From: Podarcis bocagei
Taxonomy: Eukaryota
DNA: 64,000 nucleotides
Strand: one strand, 5' to 3'
NCBI GenBank assembly: GCA_964188305.1
Contig: OZ076885.1
Below are positions 59,753 to 64,000 of this stretch, one piece after another; position 1 is the first letter of the stretch; each line of letters opens with the position of its first letter. The notes under the pieces are model-generated. The model made no database searches. It was not told where the DNA came from and was given only the letters and a program-made list of their open reading frames with translations. A program made the translations under genes and the position numbers.

Positions 59753-62700
59753 CACTATTGAAGGCAAGGCAATGTGGATAGACCACTTCCACCCTCAAAT
59801 GTATTCTTTACACACATCTAATGTGTGCCCTCAGTTACATATTTAGCATGTTGCAAGTGTGTGAAAGGCTGCTTCCAAAAATGGATCCGCTTAGATGTAT
59901 CTGCTTTAAAGAGAGGCGGTGGTGATGTGCATATTCTTCCTCCTCCCCATTTTATCTTCATGACAACCCTGTGAATTAGGCTTCATGGCTGAGTGGGAAT
60001 TTGAACCCTGGTCTCCGTGGTCCTTGTCCAGCACTCTAATCACTATACCACACTGGGTCTCATAAGCCCGACGGCAGAGGATGGCCTTACTAAGAAATTC
60101 TGGGAGCTTCATATAAATAAATATTCTTGTAGATTTGCAGGACCAAAGCAGGCCATAATTAGATGTGGGGGTTTGAAATTGCATGGAGCGAGTGGCAGTC
60201 TGCATGAAACAATATGCCTGCTGCACATGGTTCCTATCATCAGTAAAAAAAATAAAAATAGTGTGAATTGGATACTAGCAGATAAAGAAAAGGAACATTA
60301 GTTTGAAATGGATCAAACGGTGCACACTTAAGGTGGAAATTCTACTTGAAAATATAAACAAGGCCTTACTCTGTGGGATATGAGAATCTGAGGGCTGACT
60401 GCGTCATTTCACACAGGGGGGTAAACATATCTTCCTCGTTTCAGATACTTTTGTGCAGACAGACAGCGACAGCTTCAAGCTTTTGATAAGCTGATTGTGC
60501 AGTCCTCACAGGGAATGAAAAGAAATTTGTACTTTCCAAAAGAAAAGAAGGAATAGTTATTTCACATCAGTCCAGAGCCTGGACACATGGGATCCCTATC
60601 TGAAGGTGTCATGTTGGCAAGATATAAGCTAGGCCAAGATCTAGCTAAAAACATACTTTCTGAGCCTTTCTAGCACCAGAAAAAGAGAGGACAGAACTCC
60701 TGCACCTTTAATAGTTGCACTGAAGAGGGAATTTCAGCTCTGCAAACACCAAAAGAGCGGAACTACATCACAAAAAATAGAGAAAGGAGGGGCAGATTTG
60801 AATACATTTTGCATATGTTCATTTATATAGAGAGATGCAAAGCTAGGAAAAAATACCATAATTTAAATGGATATGCATTTCTTTAAAAATATTTCATGGA
60901 AGAATGCAGGAGGCATTTCGTATAAAACGTGCATTTCTGAAGCTAGAAATGGGAATAAGCAGAGGTGGGGGAAACCAATGGCTGCATAGGCTCCCCAGGG
61001 TCCAATTCATAACTGGTCCATTAACATTGGATCCACTCCGAGGTCTGAAAGTGACCCTTTTTAAAAGAGGTCATTTATGAGCTGACGAAGCCTCTAAATC
61101 CAAGTGCATTCCCAGTGGTGTCTGCTCTATTAGGGCAGATGGGGCACTGCCCCACCGACCTCAGTCTGCTCTCAGCCAGCCCCCACCTGCTTGCCTCCTT
61201 ACCTACAGCCAGACCAGGGGGTGGGGGCACTGCCTGCCAGCTTCCTTCTCATTAGGCTCAAGGCATATACAAATTAGCAGCTTAAAACACAGCAGTTGGT
61301 TCCCCCTTCCCACCCTTTGCGTTCAAAGTAGCATTTTTAAATTGCTGTACACATCATGACCTGGTTTATTTCTCCATCTGCCCCCACCACTACCATGCAC
61401 CCAAATTATTATTCAATGAAGCTGTCATCTGCACAATGACAGCAGATGCCTGGGCCAATTTTGGTTTATTAAAAATAAAAAGAACTGCAAAAAAGGGGGC
61501 ACACACTCACACAAATCTAGCAAGTGGATTGATACCCAACTCAAGTTCATCCCAAACTAAAGGAAACCAGGAAGCGCCAGGGGCAGTAATGCTCACTGAT
61601 CTTCTAGTTAGGCAAGGTTGTGGGTGATTTTTCTTTTCTGGGAAGCTAAATTTGCAGTTGCTGCTGCCTTTTAAAGATAACAGTAAATGTCTCAGAAATC
61701 TCCATGTTGGGTTGCTTTGGGCCAGAGTCTTGATGCTAGAAGCATTCTTAAGGAGCAATAGGGGTGGAAGGAGATAGCATAACATACAGTGGAATCCCTA
61801 CGGACTTGTTAAAAAGAAAACATCCGCAAAACTAATCCTTTTCCCACTCATTGTTTTTTCCCAACTGTGGGCGGTTAGTATACTGGAGAAGGCGAAAGCA
61901 ACGGTGCAGGCTGAAAAGCTTTTAGGGGGCCATTTGCATAAGACATTTTTATATGTTCACAAGAGAAATGTGGGCTGGATGAAACTACCGTCAAGAGAAT
62001 GCTCAGTGGGGCTGAAGACGCAACACTTTCAGACTAATTGGAAAGGGGATAAAGCCAAATGATCAATGTTTGTCTAGACCCCATTAGTTCCTCTCTGTGC
62101 TACTCCTTGCTCACTTCAATTCCACACAGACGTCAATATGGGCGCAGTCTCAGATCCAAGCAGCCCTCATTTGCCCTGTTATGTACTACCTAGTCTTTCA
62201 CAGAGGAAGGCAGGAGCACCTACTAACACTTCTCTTCTCACAGCCCCCCCCCCCCCGCCGTGCTCCCCCCATTACACATTGACTTGCTGGACCCATTTAC
62301 CCTGAAAACACCTTCCTGGTACTGGTTTTTGAAGCAGAGCATGAGCTTCAGAAACTGAACATAACAGTTTCCCAAATGTAAGAGTTTACTGACTATAAAT
62401 AGTTCCTCATTTTATTTTCATTTGATCGCTTTTCTTCTTGCAGGTTATGCAACATCACAAATTCGACAAAAGAACCCCTCCCACAATAATAACCACGATG
62501 CAGCACCAAAGGGAGCAACACCAAAGAAGAAAGAAAGATTCCAGGTTATCCAGTAAAGAGAAGCCACAGAAAATCAGAAACTAAACCAGCCAGAAGATTT
62601 TATATGCTGTAGTACGTAACCAGAAATAGTTTTGAAAACTGAAAGAGGTTGGAATGAAATATTAAGTTTCAGAATAAGTCTGGTTGAATTTATAGAATAG

Positions 62701-63029
62701 CAGCAGCACATCCGGACACATTTGCTACCCGGTTGCGGAGGCTGGGTGAGCAAAGAAATAAGCGCACTGGCATTTTGCGGGTTAACAAGTACAACAAAAT
62801 GGTGCAGCCTGGAGATTTTCTTGTTTGGCATTCCAGCCATTCCATTTCTCATCTCCCCAGTTTTGTTCCTCCCTCAATGCTCAGTCAGCATTCCAGCACC
62901 ATTCCAGCATTCCTGGATTAGAATAGCTCAGCAACAGTTACCTGTGCTCTGGTAACCTCATATTTAGATGGCTGCAACACATTCCATGCACGACTACCTG
63001 CAGCTAGCGGGGAAGGTGGCTGCCACTTT

Positions 63030-63280
63030 TGTGAGTGGTCCTGTGCAAACTGCACTGGTTTGCCAATATGCTATTGGGATCAGTTCAAGGTTTTTGTCAC
63101 TCACTTACAAATCCCTGAATGACTTTGTTCCCAAACACTTAAAACTCTCCTTTATTAGCTGCAGCCTGCAGAGGAAGCCCTCTTCATGATCCCATCACCA
63201 AGCATAGTGCATGGGGTAGTGATGTGGGGAAGGGCCTTATCTGTGGTGGCACCCCATCAATGGCACTCCTTCCCCCTAGA
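63030..63280 (+). mobile_element. L2 LINE 3' fragment (degenerate)
   Basis: Frameshifted LHW-LPI..QFKVFVTHLQ / LTYKSLN-type L2 ORF2 C-terminal remnants; GCCTTATCTGTGGTGGCACCC motif. Confidence 0.6.
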
Positions 63281-64000
63281 GTAGGGGTGGGCAGATGCCA
63301 GACTTTCTGGAACCACTTTGGGTTTTTTAATCAAACCCCAGGATCTATGGGTGCAAAAGCTGTAACAGTTAATATCAGATTATTTGGAGCCTGAGTCATT
63401 TAGGGCTTTCAGCACCAACATTAGCACCTTGAAGCGGGCCTGGAAATGAACCGGCAACCAATGCAGCTGTTTTAAAACACAGCATCTGGAAGGAACCCCA
63501 GCCAGCATCTGGCTGCTGCACTGTGGACCAACTCAAGTTTCTGAGTCGTCTTCAAGGGCAGCCCCAAGTATATGGGCAGGATTCTTTGGAGAAAGTCATG
63601 TGCTTTAAATGTAGAGTGTGTATGTAGCCAGAGCTTAACCTTCAGTGACCTGAGAAGAGCTGAACCCTACAGAATGGAAAGTAGGCCAACGTACATGGAC
63701 TACATTTTTATTCTTCAGCTATGATGATGGAATTATCACCAGTCATGGCTGTTGTGAATGTGGTCATTTTGCATAATTTAAGCTTTACATATATTGTACT
63801 TTTTGTATTTTATTACCCCGCTGTTGTGCTGTTCACAAGACACCTCCCCCACCCCCTGTCTATACCCGTAGATATTTTATACAGCTGTCAAACGTGGGCT
63901 CCGATCCATGAAGGCTGGTGCCATAATAAACCTGTTAGTCACAAACCCCTTTATTCAATTCTTAAGGGGGGGGGACATCCCTCAGTCTCCCGAAACAGTC

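Noticed and set aside
57570-64000. Canonical SPEG-beta first exon (Ig1) or neighbouring genes (SPEGNB, DES)
   Set aside because: No Ig-like or intermediate-filament ORF seen on either strand; presumably outside the window.
1-64000. CRISPR arrays, operons or prokaryotic defence systems
   Set aside because: The window is intron-rich vertebrate DNA and has no repeat-spacer arrays.

Overview
Vertebrate genomic DNA, not prokaryotic. The repeat landscape (Squam-type tRNA SINEs, CR1/L2 remnants, hAT/Tigger/Harbinger MITEs, Penelope-like elements) points to a squamate, probably a lacertid-type lizard. The window is occupied by the 5' ~60% of the SPEG coding sequence (striated muscle preferentially expressed protein kinase) on the minus strand. 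I assembled 31 coding exons by hand (5,779 nt, ~1,926 codons, all splice phases compatible). They run from a CpG-island first exon ([11 protein letters not shown], 56860-56892) through the Ig/Fn3 domains and the complete first kinase domain into the large inter-kinase exon, which runs off the left edge. The long-isoform Ig1 first exon was not found and presumably lies beyond 64000. Notable points: (1) a very young Penelope-like retroelement in a (TA)n tract inside a SPEG intron, forming a 418-bp inverted repeat whose arms each carry a minimal hammerhead ribozyme, one of them sense to the SPEG pre-mRNA; (2) a U12-type minor intron in the kinase domain; (3) a GC-AG intron; (4) alternative first micro-exons and an internal terminal exon defining short BPEG/APEG-1-like isoforms; (5) a hAT MITE with CCCTAA-containing tandem units, one copy nested in another MITE. 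Nearly all other entries in the ORF track are spurious. Comparisons with mammalian SPEG are from memory, not from a database search.
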